Shown here piece by piece: positions 1 through 12,300 of a DNA stretch of 29,966 nucleotides; the stretch's first letter is position 1; each line of letters starts with the position of its first letter. The DNA lies in assembly GCA_001724265.1 (NCBI GenBank), contig MEDY01000158.1, positions 62,001 through 91,966 of the forward strand. The letters are read 5' to 3'. The position numbers and the translations under genes were made by a program. Origin of the DNA: Rhizaria sp. SCN 62-66 (Eukaryota). The notes under the pieces were generated by a model. It saw only the letters and a program-made list of their open reading frames with translations, did not search any database and had not been told where the DNA came from.

Positions 1-2
1 AC

Positions 3-3000
3 CTCCCCGCGCTGCTCGCCACGGCCGCCAATACAAGCGCTGATTCTGACAGCGGCGCCGGCCCGCGCGCGTCCCCGTCGCCGCCGCCCGGGCACCCGCA
101 GGCGTCGCCGCTTGTGTCACCAATCCCGCTCACCGCGCCCGCGCTCGTGCTCGCGCCCAGCGCGCTTGCCCCCGTCCCCACGGGCGCCAGCACCGGCACC
201 AGCACCACTGTCGGCTTCAACACCGCCGCCGCCGCTGCCACTGCTGGCGCTGTATCCGTCATCTGTGAGCCGCCCGCAGTGGTGCTCACGCCCGCAGCGC
301 CGCCGCACGCGCTGCCGCGGCTCGTCCGCGGCTTCCTTCTCGCTGAAGTGCTGGGCCGCGGCGCGTTCGGCGTCGTCTTCCGCGCGCTGCCCACGCCCGC
401 AGCCTACGCGCCCGTGCTCGGCGACGCTGTGACACCGCCGCCAGCGACCGCGCCGCTGTTCGCGGACTGGCCGCGCGCGCTCGCGGACCGCCTGCGCCGC
501 GCCGCACCGCCCGCCTCGGCGGCGGCCTTCGCAGCGGCGGGCGTCGCGGCGGCCAGCGCGGCGGCCGAGGCGGCCGGACTGGCTGGAGAGCCCGCCGAGG
601 GGCCCGTGGCGATCTCGCGCTGCCTGCCGTCGCACGTCGCGGTCAAAGAGCTACCGCTGAGCGCGCTGGCGGGCGCGGACGGTCCTCCCTTGGAGCCCGA
701 TGAGCTCGCCGCTGCCGACGCCGCGCTGCAGCAGGAGGCCGCCGTCGCCGTCGCCGCGCGCGCCGAGGCCGTGTGCCGCGAAGTCGCGATCGCCGCGCAG
801 GTGACGCACCCGTACATCGTGCGCTACCACACGTCGTTCGTGTCGGCCGCGCGCCTGCACTTGGTGTCAGAACTCGTCGCCGGCCCCACCGTCTCCGACC
901 TGGCCGCCGCGCTGCACGCTCGTGCGCTGCGACTGCCGGAGACGCTGTTGTGGTCGCTCTTCGCGCAGCTGTGCCTTGCTGTCACGCACTTGCACGCGGA
1001 CTTGCGCGTTGTGCACCGTGATATCTCGCCCGCGAACGTGCTTGTTGCCGTCCGCGCGCCGCCGCAGAGCCCTGCGCCGCGCGCACACGCCGACGCCGTT
1101 TTCGCTGGCTTCCCCGCGCCCGCGCCGATGCATACGCACACGCGCGCTGCTGGAAGTTGGGGCGATGTGTCTTCTGCGGCGGCCGCGACGGCGGCTGCGT
1201 GGGCGGAGGCGGATTACGTCACGGGGCTCTTCACAGCTGAACCGGGCGCGTACACGCACCACTGCCCCGACGGGCTCTGGCAGCGCCTCCTGCGTCGTCG
1301 CGCGCGTCCGCGCTGCGCCGCCTGTCTCGGCACGCTCTCACGGTCGCGCTTCGGCGCCTCAGCACGGCCCGCGCTTGCAGCGAGCTTCCCCGCCCCGCAC
1401 TGGCAAGACGCACTGCCGCTCTCCGTCGCCGACGCCGTCATCAGCGCCTTGTTGTCTTCGCAGAGCGGCTTCGGTCTCACTGGCGCGTTCGGCGGGACCG
1501 GGGCGTTCTCTGTGCTGGCCACAGGCACCGGTGGCGGCGGCAACGGCGGCGCGCTGCTGGGGCCGCAAGCGCTGTCCCGACAGCCGTCTGGCCCGCAAAC
1601 GCCCGCGCACGGCCGCACGGCCGCACTCGACGCCGCCGGTCCACCCGCCGCGGTCGCGGTCTGGCGCGGCGGCGCGCTGTGCACTGCGGTATCGTGCGCG
1701 TGTGCCTGTGCAGCGCGCGAGAGCGACGACGCCGCCGCGTGTGCGAGTGCGGTCGGCGCGGCGGACTCGGCGCCGTTCCCGCTGCTGCTGACAGTCAAAG
1801 TAACCGATTTCGGCCTCGCACGGCAGACCGCGCCCGGCCACACGCTGCTGCAATCCTCGGTCGGCACGGTGTCGTATTCCTGCCCCGAGATTATCTTGCG
1901 CCAGCCTTACACGGCCAAGGCTGACGTGTGGTCGCTGGGCTGTGTGCTGTACCACCTCGCTGCGCGCCGGCCGCCGTTCGCCGGGTCGAACCCGCTGCTG
2001 CTCGCGCAACGCATCGTCGACGGCGAGTACGACGCCGCGCCGCTATCACGCACTTCCGCTGGCAACGCTAACAATGCTTCAAACTCGATAACAGTTCAGC
2101 TGCAGCCCAAGTCGACGGCGCCGTGGCAGCAGCGGCCGGGCAGCGGCATGTCCGCGCCTGCAGCCCCGCCAGCCCCCGCGCCGGGCGAGGGCTACTCCCC
2201 GCAGCTGCGTGCCGTGGTCGCCGCCTGTCTCACCGGCGCGCCCGCGCAGCGGCCGACGGTGTGGCAGGTACTCGCGATGCTCACGGTCACCGCCGGCGCG
2301 TCGGGCGCGGGGGCGCGCGAGGAAGCCCCGCTGCTGCTTGCGCACGAGTGCAACGCGCTCGCGCAGGCGAACGCGCGCGCTGCGGCAGCGGTCGCCGCTG
2401 CGGAGGCGCGCGCCGCCCGCGCCGAGGCCGCGCTGGCGGTGCTCCAGCAGGTTTCGCGCGACCAAGCACGGCAGCGAAGGCGCGACAAGAGCGGCCGCGC
2501 GCGCAAGGGCATCGTTAGCGGTGTAAGTGGCGAGGAGGCTAAGAAGCTAAGCCGCAGCTCAAACATCACTGTCTCGGTCGACAGCGTGTCTGGCTTCGAC
2601 TCGTTAGCAGTTCCCGTGCCCGTTGCTGCGTCTGCTGGCCCGCGCCGGTCTTTGACCACCGTAGCGCCCCCCTCTGCTGCCTCGCCCAGCTACGCAGCTG
2701 TCGGATACACCGCAAATGTGGGCGGGTATTACGCCTCCGCGGCGGCGCTCGGCGTTCCTGCAGTGCCACCGATGCCGCTCTCGCGCTCGCACACCGCGCA
2801 GGCGACCGCCACCGCCCTAGCCGCCGCCGCAGCTGCCGCAGCAGCTCCAGCGCAGCAGCATCCGACCGGCTCCGCGTCAGCGTCGCCCAAGGGCCCGCTG
2901 CGCTCGCTGCCGCCCTCGCGCGGACCCAGCGCGACGGACCGGTGGAGCGCCTCAGATCGCGACCGCGTGACTGACCGCGTCACCGACCGTGTTGGTGGCG

Positions 3001-4013
3001 AGCGCGGGCTCAGCGCGCGCGTGCCGCAGCCGCCCGGCGCGGTCGTGTCCCTCGTCCCGACACCGCCGCCCGGCAGCGGCGCCGATCGCACGGGGGCGGC
3101 GGCGGCGGACCACCGACCGCGGCGCTCGCTGTCAGGCGTGTCCACGGCTTCCCACGGCTCCTCGCTCTCCGCCGCGGTCCCCACGCACTCATCAGGCGTT
3201 GGCAACAGCGCTCACACACTGCAGCTGCAGACCGGCGCGGCGGCGGACGCGGGCGCACTCTCGGCATCGCCCACACAGCCGCAGTCCCCCGCGGCCTCGA
3301 CCGCGGCTGGCGCGGGCGCCCAGGCCGGCTCGTCTGGTGCTGCGGCCACGCCGACTGCGGCGGTGTCACTGACGACGTTCTCTTCCGCAACACCGCCGCG
3401 CCGGCCCGGCTCCAGCGTGCTCCCCGGTCAAGCCAACGCGGCTGCCGCGCGCACGCCCACGAGCAACAGCAACGGCGCCAGCGGCAGCAGTGCGAACGCG
3501 GGGCTGGGCGCGGCGCTGGACGGCGAGCTCAGCCTCGTCGGCTTCGGGCTCGGCCGCAACGGCAGCGGGCACGGGCACGGCACCACGCCGCACGCGCTCG
3601 CGGGCCCCGGACACCGCCGCAGCGGCTCCACGGGCGGCGCCGGCGCGCTTAACTCCAGCATCGGCTCCGGCGTTGGCGTCGGCGGCGGTTTGCCGCCCGC
3701 CGGCGCTGGGCTCGGGCTGAATGTCGGCGGGGGCGGCGGCGCTAGCGGTCTGAACACGAGCAGCGGACTCGGCCTGGGCACTGTGGGGGAATCTCCGCGC
3801 ACGCCAGCGGTTGCGACGGCGGCGACGGGCGGCGGCGGCGGCGGTGGGGCGGGGCGATGGACCTCGTCCGCGTCGGGCACGCCCACGGGCAGCACGCGCA
3901 AGCTCTCGGCCTCGGGCGGCAGCAACGCGGCGGCCAATAGCGGCGCAACGGCGGGGGGTGCGCTCGCTTCGGCGGGCGCGCGCGTGCTTGCGACGATGCC
4001 GCTGCACGACTAA
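3..4013 (+). CDS. NIMA-related Ser/Thr protein kinase, NEK10-like (5'-partial; frame is open from the window start)
   Basis: All kinase motifs present in order: LGRGAFGVVF (351), VAVK (636-647), HPYIVRYHTSF, VVHRDISPANVL (HRD at 1014), VKVTDFGLARQ (DFG at 1806), SVGTVSYSCPEI, KADVWSLGCVLY, PPFAGSNPLLLAQRIVDGEY. The GT..YSCPE and 'PPF..N.L.LA.KIV...Y' wording resembles NEK10 as I recall it. No stop in this frame from base 3; ends TAA at 4011-4013 where base composition turns AT-rich. Confidence 0.88.
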   Translation, partial: LPALLATAANTSADSDSGAGPRASPSPPPGHPQASPLVSPIPLTAPALVLAPSALAPVPTGASTGTSTTVGFNTAAAAATAGAVSVICEPPAVVLTPAAPPHALPRLVRGFLLAEVLGRGAFGVVFRALPTPAAYAPVLGDAVTPPPATAPLFADWPRALADRLRRAAPPASAAAFAAAGVAAASAAAEAAGLAGEPAEGPVAISRCLPSHVAVKELPLSALAGADGPPLEPDELAAADAALQQEAAVAVAARAEAVCREVAIAAQVTHPYIVRYHTSFVSAARLHLVSELVAGPTVSDLAAALHARALRLPETLLWSLFAQLCLAVTHLHADLRVVHRDISPANVLVAVRAPPQSPAPRAHADAVFAGFPAPAPMHTHTRAAGSWGDVSSAAAATAAAWAEADYVTGLFTAEPGAYTHHCPDGLWQRLLRRRARPRCAACLGTLSRSRFGASARPALAASFPAPHWQDALPLSVADAVISALLSSQSGFGLTGAFGGTGAFSVLATGTGGGGNGGALLGPQALSRQPSGPQTPAHGRTAALDAAGPPAAVAVWRGGALCTAVSCACACAARESDDAAACASAVGAADSAPFPLLLTVKVTDFGLARQTAPGHTLLQSSVGTVSYSCPEIILRQPYTAKADVWSLGCVLYHLAARRPPFAGSNPLLLAQRIVDGEYDAAPLSRTSAGNANNASNSITVQLQPKSTAPWQQRPGSGMSAPAAPPAPAPGEGYSPQLRAVVAACLTGAPAQRPTVWQVLAMLTVTAGASGAGAREEAPLLLAHECNALAQANARAAAAVAAAEARAARAEAALAVLQQVSRDQARQRRRDKSGRARKGIVSGVSGEEAKKLSRSSNITVSVDSVSGFDSLAVPVPVAASAGPRRSLTTVAPPSAASPSYAAVGYTANVGGYYASAAALGVPAVPPMPLSRSHTAQATATALAAAAAAAAAPAQQHPTGSASASPKGPLRSLPPSRGPSATDRWSASDRDRVTDRVTDRVGGERGLSARVPQPPGAVVSLVPTPPPGSGADRTGAAAADHRPRRSLSGVSTASHGSSLSAAVPTHSSGVGNSAHTLQLQTGAAADAGALSASPTQPQSPAASTAAGAGAQAGSSGAAATPTAAVSLTTFSSATPPRRPGSSVLPGQANAAAARTPTSNSNGASGSSANAGLGAALDGELSLVGFGLGRNGSGHGHGTTPHALAGPGHRRSGSTGGAGALNSSIGSGVGVGGGLPPAGAGLGLNVGGGGGASGLNTSSGLGLGTVGESPRTPAVATAATGGGGGGGAGRWTSSASGTPTGSTRKLSASGGSNAAANSGATAGGALASAGARVLATMPLHD

Positions 4014-4400
4014 GAAATGAGAAGTGATCAATCATTACAACACAAAGAAAAAGCTATGGATGCAATTGGACTGCTTTCAACTTTGCATGAATAGCGTTAT
4101 AACTATTATAACGAACTAAAACTACTACTATTTTCAATATTAATTATACTATTTGGTACTTAGACAGATTCTTGTCATCATTGCTTGAGCAAACATGTCA
4201 ATGTCATTGTTGATAGCGACACGTGAATACAAAATCGTATCCTTTATTCCTCTTTTTTGTTGTTCTTGCACTGTTTTACGAATCATCAGCTCCATTAATT
4301 ACAAGTGACAACACATGATGTCTTCGTGGCCAATATCATATTGTTTCCACACTGCATTACACAGCTAGTTCTAAGTTAAGCTTACAGCTGTACACCTACT

Positions 4401-5465
4401 TCACTTCTTCTCAGCAGCGTTGGCGTCGGCGTTCGCGTCAGCGTTGGCGTCCTTCTTGGCGCCAAAGTTGCCGATGCGGTCAAGCTTGGTGTAGTTATTT
4501 TCGGCCTCCGCGGGCTGCTGTTGCACCTGAATGGGCTCCTGCCCAGTCATCTTGTTCTTGAGCTCCTCGCCAGTGGCGGCGAGGATGCGCAGCGTGAGCG
4601 ACTGGCCCGCGGACCACTGCGCACCGGGCGCCAGCGACACGGGGGTCGACACGGAGCCGGCCTCGACGCAGACAAACTCCTTCCACGCGTCTTCGTGCAG
4701 GTCCGCCATCGCGGCGCCCTTCTTGTGGCCGGGGTTCCACACCACAACGTCGGGCATGTTGACGGAGCGCATGACGATGTCGCAGTTGCCGCCGTCGCCG
4801 ACAGCCACAAGACCGTCCGCACGCACGCGGCCCGCGGCATCGACGGCGCCACCGCGCAGGTACACGCGGTCAACCTCGTCCTCAAACACGACGACAGGAA
4901 TTGACTGCTTGTACGTGCCGTTGTTGCGGACCTTGTCCTTGTAGCTGAGGTTGGCGAGGCCCGTCACAGTGGCCTTGTCGATGCCGTCGACGTGGAAGTA
5001 CGTGTGCAACAGCGCGGTGAAGTCGAACGCGGAATCGCCCGTGTTGCGGCACGTAAGCTGCGTTGTGATGTTGGACATGCCGACGCGCACCATGTAGAGG
5101 AGCTCGAACTCGTGCGGCCACATGGCGCGGGTCTCTTCGTTGGCAACGAGGCGGAACGTGCCGGTGCAGTCGCCCGTAGAGACGTCGTGCTCCTCGCCCT
5201 CAAACGTCCACATCTGCGTGCGGGCAAAGCCGTGCTGCGGCAGCGCGTTGGCGCCAGAGCCGGGGCCGAACTGGGGGAAGACGAGCGGGATGCCGCCACG
5301 GATGGGCTTGGAGCCATCCATCACAGCGTTCTTAGACATGAAGAGCAGGTTCTGGTTGAACATCTTCCACGACGTCACCGTGGCACCAAAGAGACTCACT
5401 GTCACATCGGCTTTGCCCGTGTGGTGTGACAGCGACACGGTCTCAATCTTCTTAGGGGCAGACAT
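4401..5465 (-). CDS. Glucose-6-phosphate 1-epimerase (D-hexose-6-phosphate mutarotase, aldose 1-epimerase family)
   Basis: Motifs GATVTSWK, PIRGGIPLVFPQFG, LPQHGFAR, FTALLHTYF, EVDRVY, DVVVWNP, FVCVEAG are typical of this family. The ORF-track start at 5504 is TTG; first ATG is 5465 (MSAPKK). Ends TGA. Confidence 0.93.
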   Translation of the reverse strand: MSAPKKIETVSLSHHTGKADVTVSLFGATVTSWKMFNQNLLFMSKNAVMDGSKPIRGGIPLVFPQFGPGSGANALPQHGFARTQMWTFEGEEHDVSTGDCTGTFRLVANEETRAMWPHEFELLYMVRVGMSNITTQLTCRNTGDSAFDFTALLHTYFHVDGIDKATVTGLANLSYKDKVRNNGTYKQSIPVVVFEDEVDRVYLRGGAVDAAGRVRADGLVAVGDGGNCDIVMRSVNMPDVVVWNPGHKKGAAMADLHEDAWKEFVCVEAGSVSTPVSLAPGAQWSAGQSLTLRILAATGEELKNKMTGQEPIQVQQQPAEAENNYTKLDRIGNFGAKKDANADANADANAAEKK

Positions 5466-6320
5466 AGCAAGAAACCTACACGCACGTAAGAGTGGAACAT
5501 GCAAAGAAACGCGTCAAGTCCGAAGAGCGACAACGAAAGGAAAATAAGGGCTGGTAAGAAAATGAAAAACAAAATTGGTATTTCACGGCAGAAGATATTC
5601 GCTGACCTTCAATACATTGTAAGGCACGGAAATATGACAGTAATATTGCCAATTTTAAATGACGACCACCCGCACAGTTAGAGTCGCTGTACGCTCGCTG
5701 GCAGTCAGCCCGACTGACTTGTGGCGTGAACTGACACTTTTAGAACGGCATTGTGTGATGATGTGAAATTTGATGGAGATGTATTCAAGATATAAGATAC
5801 TTTGTAAACGGGGTAATTCAAAAAAATGCGTGGCATGTTCATCAACGGAAATCGATTACAATCAAGCGCAGCATGTAAGCGTGTGTCTCCGTCTCGTGGT
5901 TGCGCCATGCACGCACTGCGGCAATGCAGTGTGGGGCTTGAAACAAGCACAAGCGCCACAAAACGAAGGACACAAATAAAATAGGAGAACAAATGCGCGA
6001 TGAAGCCCTAATGATGGCACATTGCAGTCAAATTGACACTCTAAGAAAGAGCGACGTTAGCGAATGTCGCACACACAAAACGCACAAACACAGATACAAA
6101 TCAGAAACAAAACGGAAATAAGACACAGTTAAGTGAAGCAAAAATCCAAATGCAGATGCATGCAATAAAAAATATACAGTCATACAACAATTAATGCAGA
6201 CGCTTGTGAAGTTGTCAAGTGTCGTAACTAAAAGAAATGGATGCAGCCAGCTGTAACGTCGCATGTGCACAAATGCACAGAGGCTGCTTCTGACCGCATG
6301 TGAAGCGAAAATCGCATGCT

Positions 6321-9300
6321 TTACGCACGCGCAGAGTCAAAGTCCAGCACTGTGCGATCCTTCCCAGTCGCAGCCCAAGGGGCCTTCGAGCTGTTGATGT
6401 CAGCAAACGTATTGCAGACCGGAGACGCGGCCGCAGGGCTCGCGCCGGGGGGCGGCATCAGCTCCTCCTTCCACGCGCGCACAGTCGCGACTGTGGCCGT
6501 CGTGGGCGCGATGGTGACCGAGATCAGCCCCAGCGCGCGCCCCACCGCGAGCAGCCGCAGCCGCGCGCGCAGCAAGCACGGCAACGCCGCCCGCTCGCGC
6601 GCGCGCTGCAGCCGCGCCCGGCTCTGCTCGGCCTTAGTCATCGTCGCTCCCACCGCGGCGCCGGCGTTCGCGGCCGTTTCAGCGGCCTCAGCGGCGCCGG
6701 CGGCCTCGGCGCCGGCGGCGTGGCGCGCAGCGGCCCAGGCGACGGGGTCGTCGAACGACGCGTCGCAGGAGCCGAGCCTGACGTCGGGCGCGGCGCTCGT
6801 CTCTGAGGACACATCGAACGCGGCGGCCGTGGCCGTGGCAGCGCTGGGCGCGAAGAGCACCGGCGAATACACACCGGGCTCGCTCTCAGCCAGCACGGCG
6901 GCGAGGCGGGCGTCGACGCGCGCGCACTCGCCCTCCCAGCCCACGGGCGCGGCGGACGCGGGCGCGCGGGCCTCGGCGGGGACCGCGGCGGCGCGCGCCA
7001 GACCGGCCGCCGCCGTCGGCAACGTGGCGAGGGCGTCGAAGGCGGGCGCGTACTGCTGACGGCGCCAGAGAAGACGCATGCGCTCGAGGCGCGCCGACAG
7101 CGCGGCCTGGCTAAGGCGTGAGACGAGCGAGCCCAACAGCAGGAAGACGAGGGACGCGGCGAGAACGACCCATGAACCCCAGGTGAACCGCGCGGCGAGC
7201 TCAAAGCATTTGTTCGTGCCCTGGAGCAAGTCGGCAAAGTTGTCTTCAAGGATGACGTTGATGGCGTCGCAGTTGTCGCCGACCATGAACCCGGCCAGCG
7301 TGGTGATCTGCCCCACCGTCGCGGTGACCGAGATGAAGAAGACTTCGAGACTGGACCACGCGAACAGCACATCACTCAGCACCTGCAGCTTGAGGTGGCG
7401 CGATACGGTAAGCGGGAGCATCCATGCCGCGCACATGCACAGCGCATACCCCAGCGGCATAAAAAGTGAGAAAATGAAGTACACGGCCTGCATCCACCGC
7501 GTCGCCAGCGCGTCCGGGTCCGCGGTGTCGCGCGCCATATACACGCCGATGTCGATCAGAGACACTGGACGGTGGCCCGCGGAGCCGAGCAGCCAGCCGG
7601 TAAGGCCGGTGAACTCGAACTCAAACGCGGGGATGATCGACGCGTAGACAATCAACGCAATCGTGCCCAAGAGCAGCGTCAGCATCATCGCACGGCCCAG
7701 CGCAGTAAAACGCACAAACAGAGCGAACCGCGGGGGCGCCTTGGCGCGAGTGCGTGTGGCGTAAAACCCGCTCACGCGCGACACACCGTCCGCGCCGACA
7801 CTGCTCGACCCCGCAGACGTAGTTGCGGTCGCAGTTGCAGTTGCGTGGGTGAAGAAGGGCTTCTCCGCGCCCTTGTGCATCGGTGGCAGCGGCATGGTCA
7901 GCGACGACGCGGACGCGCCCGACGACGGCGACGGCAGCGGCGGAAGCGACTGCGCGCCAGGCACCAACAGCCCGCCGTCGGGCGCCCGCAGCGGCAGCAG
8001 CGCGGGTGTGGCGACCTCCCAGTCGCGCGCGCCGTCGCTGTCGCCGTCGCCGTGGCGCGCGCGGCTGCGGCTACGGCTGCGGCTGCGTCCAGCCCCAGCG
8101 GCGGCGGCGGCGGCCGCGGCGCGCTTGGCGTGCGCAGGCAGCGCCGCTGCGTCGATCGCGTGGTCTTGGCGGTACATGCTGCGGCGGGAGTCCAGGTCGC
8201 GCAGATAAGGGTCAACGGTAGCCGCGAACGCTGAAAGCACGCGTTCGACCGTGCGCGCCTCAGCAGCGCTCTCTGCAGCGGCAGCGGCGGCGGCGGCGGC
8301 GGTGGCGGCCTCGTCCTCGGGCTCGCTGGCGCCGCCAGCGTTGCTGTCCCCCGCCGCAGTGACAGCGGTGATGAGGCGCGAGGGAGCGCGCTCTTGACTG
8401 CGCGCGCGGCGCTGTTGTTTGCCGGGCGAGGCCGTCAGCAGCGAACGCGCCACGGCGCCGCCGTCGTAGACTGCCGTGCCAGCGCCGTCGTCAGTCTCGG
8501 CGGCGGCGGCAGCGGCGGTGCGGGCGGCTGCGCTGTGGCGGCTGCGGCGGCGAGTGCGGCGGCGGCAACGGCGGGCGACGATCGCGGAGACGTCGTCGTA
8601 CGCGGCCAAGAACACGGCCAAGTGCGCAGCATCGTGTGGGACACTAGCACTACTCGCACTCGCGCCCGCGGTTTCAGTTGTTGCATTTACGCTCTCGTTG
8701 GCCGGAAGAGTCGCAGCAGCAGCAGTGGCGGCGGCAGCAGCGGCGGCGAGCTCGCGCTGTGAGAAGACGATGCCGAGCGCGCGCACAGCGAGCTCGGCCT
8801 CGGCCTCAGCGGCGGCGATCGCCTCCGCAGACTCGGGACTCAGAGCCTCCGCGTCAGCTCCCGCCAGCGCGTCCTCGGCAGCACCCGTGCCCTCGTTGTC
8901 GGCGTCGGCGTCGTCGTCGTCGTCGGCGTTGTTGATGATGTCGGAGTGGGCAGATCCGGTCAGGCCGCTGTTGATCGACTGCGCACGCGCACTCGCGGCG
9001 GCCGAGTTACCGCGGCGCTCGCGCTCACGGTCACTGTCGTGCTCACGGCGCGCCAGGGCCGGGTGTTGGCGACCGGCCGCGAGCTCCGCGAACGCGCGTG
9101 GCGGCAGCGCGAATGTCGCGGCCTGGTGTAAAAACCCACCGACCGAGACGGCAAGGCGGGTGACTGAGCCCCGGGTGACCAGAGACGCACCCGCGGTCGC
9201 CGGCACAGCTGAGGCCTCGGCGGCGGCGGCGGCGGCGGTCGCGGCGGCGGCTGCTGAGGGGCGCGCGCGCGACGGCGTCAGCAGTCCCGGCGGCACCACC

Positions 9301-12300
9301 GCGGCGTGCGCGTGTGTGTGCGTGTGGTTCATGTGCGCGAGCGAGAATGACCCGTTGGAGGACGAGGATGCGGTGAGGGACGGTGTGGACAGCAGGGCCG
9401 GTGCAGTAAGGCCGCCTCCCATGCTGTCGTCGCCGCCAGAGGGACCGAGACCCAGCGCGGCGCGCGCGGCCGCGGCGGCGGAGGAGGAATCGTCGGCCTC
9501 AGGCGCACGGTGAGTCGACGCCAGCCACGAATCCGCCGCGCTAGAACTAGCGCATAAGTCATCAGTCGCAAAACCATCGCCGTTGTTGTTGTTGTTGTTG
9601 TTGTTGTTGCCTGCAACCACACTATCGGCGTTAAGACGGCCCAACGCGGCAACGGGCGGCAAACCTGCATGTAGCGCCCTCACCGTGCAATCCCCGTCGG
9701 AAGTGGTAGGAGAAGCGGTGTTGTGCGCGTTGAGCGGCGGTAGCGGGAGCGCTGCTGCGAGACAGAGCCTGCGCTGGACGTGGCGGAACACCAGCCGCTG
9801 GCGCGCGTGCTCGGCCGCGTCTGCGGCGGCCGCGGCGGCGTGCGCGGAAAGCGCGATGATGATGTGTGCGAGGCCGAGAGACATCATCGTCGCAAGCAGG
9901 AAGAGAATGAAACCAGGCGCGGCAACAACGACGATGTCAGCGAGGAAGAAGCCCGCGTCGAACGCCGCCACAGCGGGGCCGGCGCCGGCGGCGAGCCCGG
10001 CGGCGGCAGCGGAGAGCGTGTTTGCGATCACACCCGCGGCAGCGCCGCCGGCGCCGGTGGCAACGGCGCTGGAGTTGGTGATGGGAGCGCCGACGTTGAC
10101 GCGCATGCGGAAGCCGACGACCATGAAAAGCATGACGTAAGCGTCGATCATGGACCACTTGCCGAGCACGTCGACCCAGTGTAGCATGCGGGCGCGCGTG
10201 GCCGGCGACAGCTTCGAGACGGGCGCGGTCCAGCCATACGCCATTAGCAGCAGCTTGAGGTAGGGCCAGATACCGGAGAACGCGACGATGAGCGCAAAGA
10301 GGTAATATACACCAGCAAACCACATCTCCATCGCCGTGGAGACGAGTGTGAAGTCAAAGACGGAGCCCATGTCCAGCACGGTCGCGTCTGCGGGCACGCC
10401 GGGCCCGCTGGGCTGCAGCCGGAGCTGCGCCGTGACGCACGCGCCCGTGCTCGAGTTGGACGCCACGAACAGCGAGATCGTGAGGAAAACGGCGAAAAGA
10501 GCGCCGAAACGCAGCGGAGCAGGGATAAAAGGCGTCAGCAGAAGCGGGGAGCCGTCAGCTTCGATCACGGGCACCGTCGCAGCAGCGGCGCCAGAGCACC
10601 CGCACTCGCACTGAGTCCCAGTCGCAAGCGCTCCAGTAGCAGTGGCTGAGTCAGAAGATACAACAGCAGCGGCAGTGTCGTCAGCGCTCAGCAGCAGCGG
10701 CGCGCTCGCACCTTCGCGCTCACTGCGCTTGCCGCCCTTCGCACTGGAGCCAGAAACGATAACTGCATTAACACTTGCATGAGCGTTATTCGTCTTGTTG
10801 CTGTGTACGCACGTGTACGGGAAGTGCGCGCATACCGCGCGCTCGCGCAACGGCGCACTCGCCCCCGCATTCGCACTCGCGTCTTGAGCGGCCTTGCTTC
10901 CGCTCGCGGACACCGCGGACACAGCGGCGTCGTCAGAGGCCTCGTTCGCAACGCGGCGGCCGCGCTGTTGCCCGCGCGAGCCGACCAAGTGCACGAACAG
11001 CAACAGACACGCGGCGCTGGCGGCGCTGATAACGGCCAGGAAGAGCCCCCATAGCGCGACGCGCACCGCGGACGCGACTGCGCCCTCGCTGGTCGAAGCT
11101 TCACCGGGGACGGTGACGCCCGCGCAGACGTACGGCGCGCGGTCGCCCATGTACCGCAGCGCGGCCGTGGCGGCGGCGGCGACTTCCTTGGCGTGCTCGC
11201 GGAGGAACTTGTTGACGGCGGCGGCATCGGCCAGTCCACCCGCGGACGCGCCCCAGGGCTCGTGACCGGGGGACGCGATGAGTGAAAAAGACAGAGAGAA
11301 GTTACCCATTGTGGTGTCGGAGGAGAGCAACTCGACGCCGGACGCCTCGCGGGGACGCTTGCCGAGAGAAACCGCTTCAGCAACACCGGCGTTGTTCCTA
11401 GGACTGTCGGTGAGCCAGCTCGCAGCGGCGCCGGGGAAAGCGAAGCCGAGCGCAGGACCGAAAATATCACCCAGCGTCGTCGCAGAAGCACCGGGACTGA
11501 CTGCACGCAACTTGCTCCCAGTAGCCTCGCCGCCACTATTGATGCTTGCCGGGTCGTCTTCGGGGAGGTCGGCCTCGGTGACCGCGAGCAGCGTGGGCAG
11601 GCAACCGAGGCGGACCACGCTGGTGAGCGGTTGCCGCAGCAGCAGCAGCCGGTCCGCGGGCGCTAACAAAGCGAAAGCTGTGGTGAAGTTGGCCAGAGAT
11701 GCCGCGAATGAAATGTCGATTGACCGGACGCCGACCGGAAGAGTCAGTGACGCAGACACGGCCAGAGGACCAGCGCCCGCGGGCGGCAGGTCAGCAGCGG
11801 CCAGGCCGGCTGTGGCTGCGGTCCCCGCAGCAGGCTCTGCAGTAGCGCCGAAAGAAAGGGCCTGGAACAGAGTGTCGCCGGCACGGTGTGTGTGGGTAGT
11901 CGCGTTGAGCAAGTCGACAATGTCGAATGAGTCGAGGCCGGAGAGATGAAGAGAGTGGAGCGTGACGTCGATCAGCGAATCCGTTACCGAGTCAAGCAAC
12001 GACTTTGACGCCGACTCAACAGTATCTGCAGCAGAGTCAGAAACAGACGCAGAATCGGAAACAGACACAGAAGCAATGTTTAAGCCCTTAAAGCGCTCGC
12101 CGGCTGCGGCAGCGGTGACAGCGCCAAAGAGACTCTTTCTCGTACTTAGCTCTTTCTCGCGGTCGTAATCATACCGTCCATCGGGCGCAAAACAGCGGAC
12201 AACCTCATCCAGCCCCGCCGCGCCGCGCACGACGTCGCCGACAAGCCAACGCAGCAGTCCCGCAAGCCAGTCCGAGGACCAGTCAATGCGGTCGCGCGCG

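Noticed and set aside
5499-6406. Short ORFs in spacers (also 14681-15177, 17488-18096, 28082-28291, 29367-29561)
   Set aside because: Short, mostly AT-richer, unlike the codon style of the real genes, no motifs.
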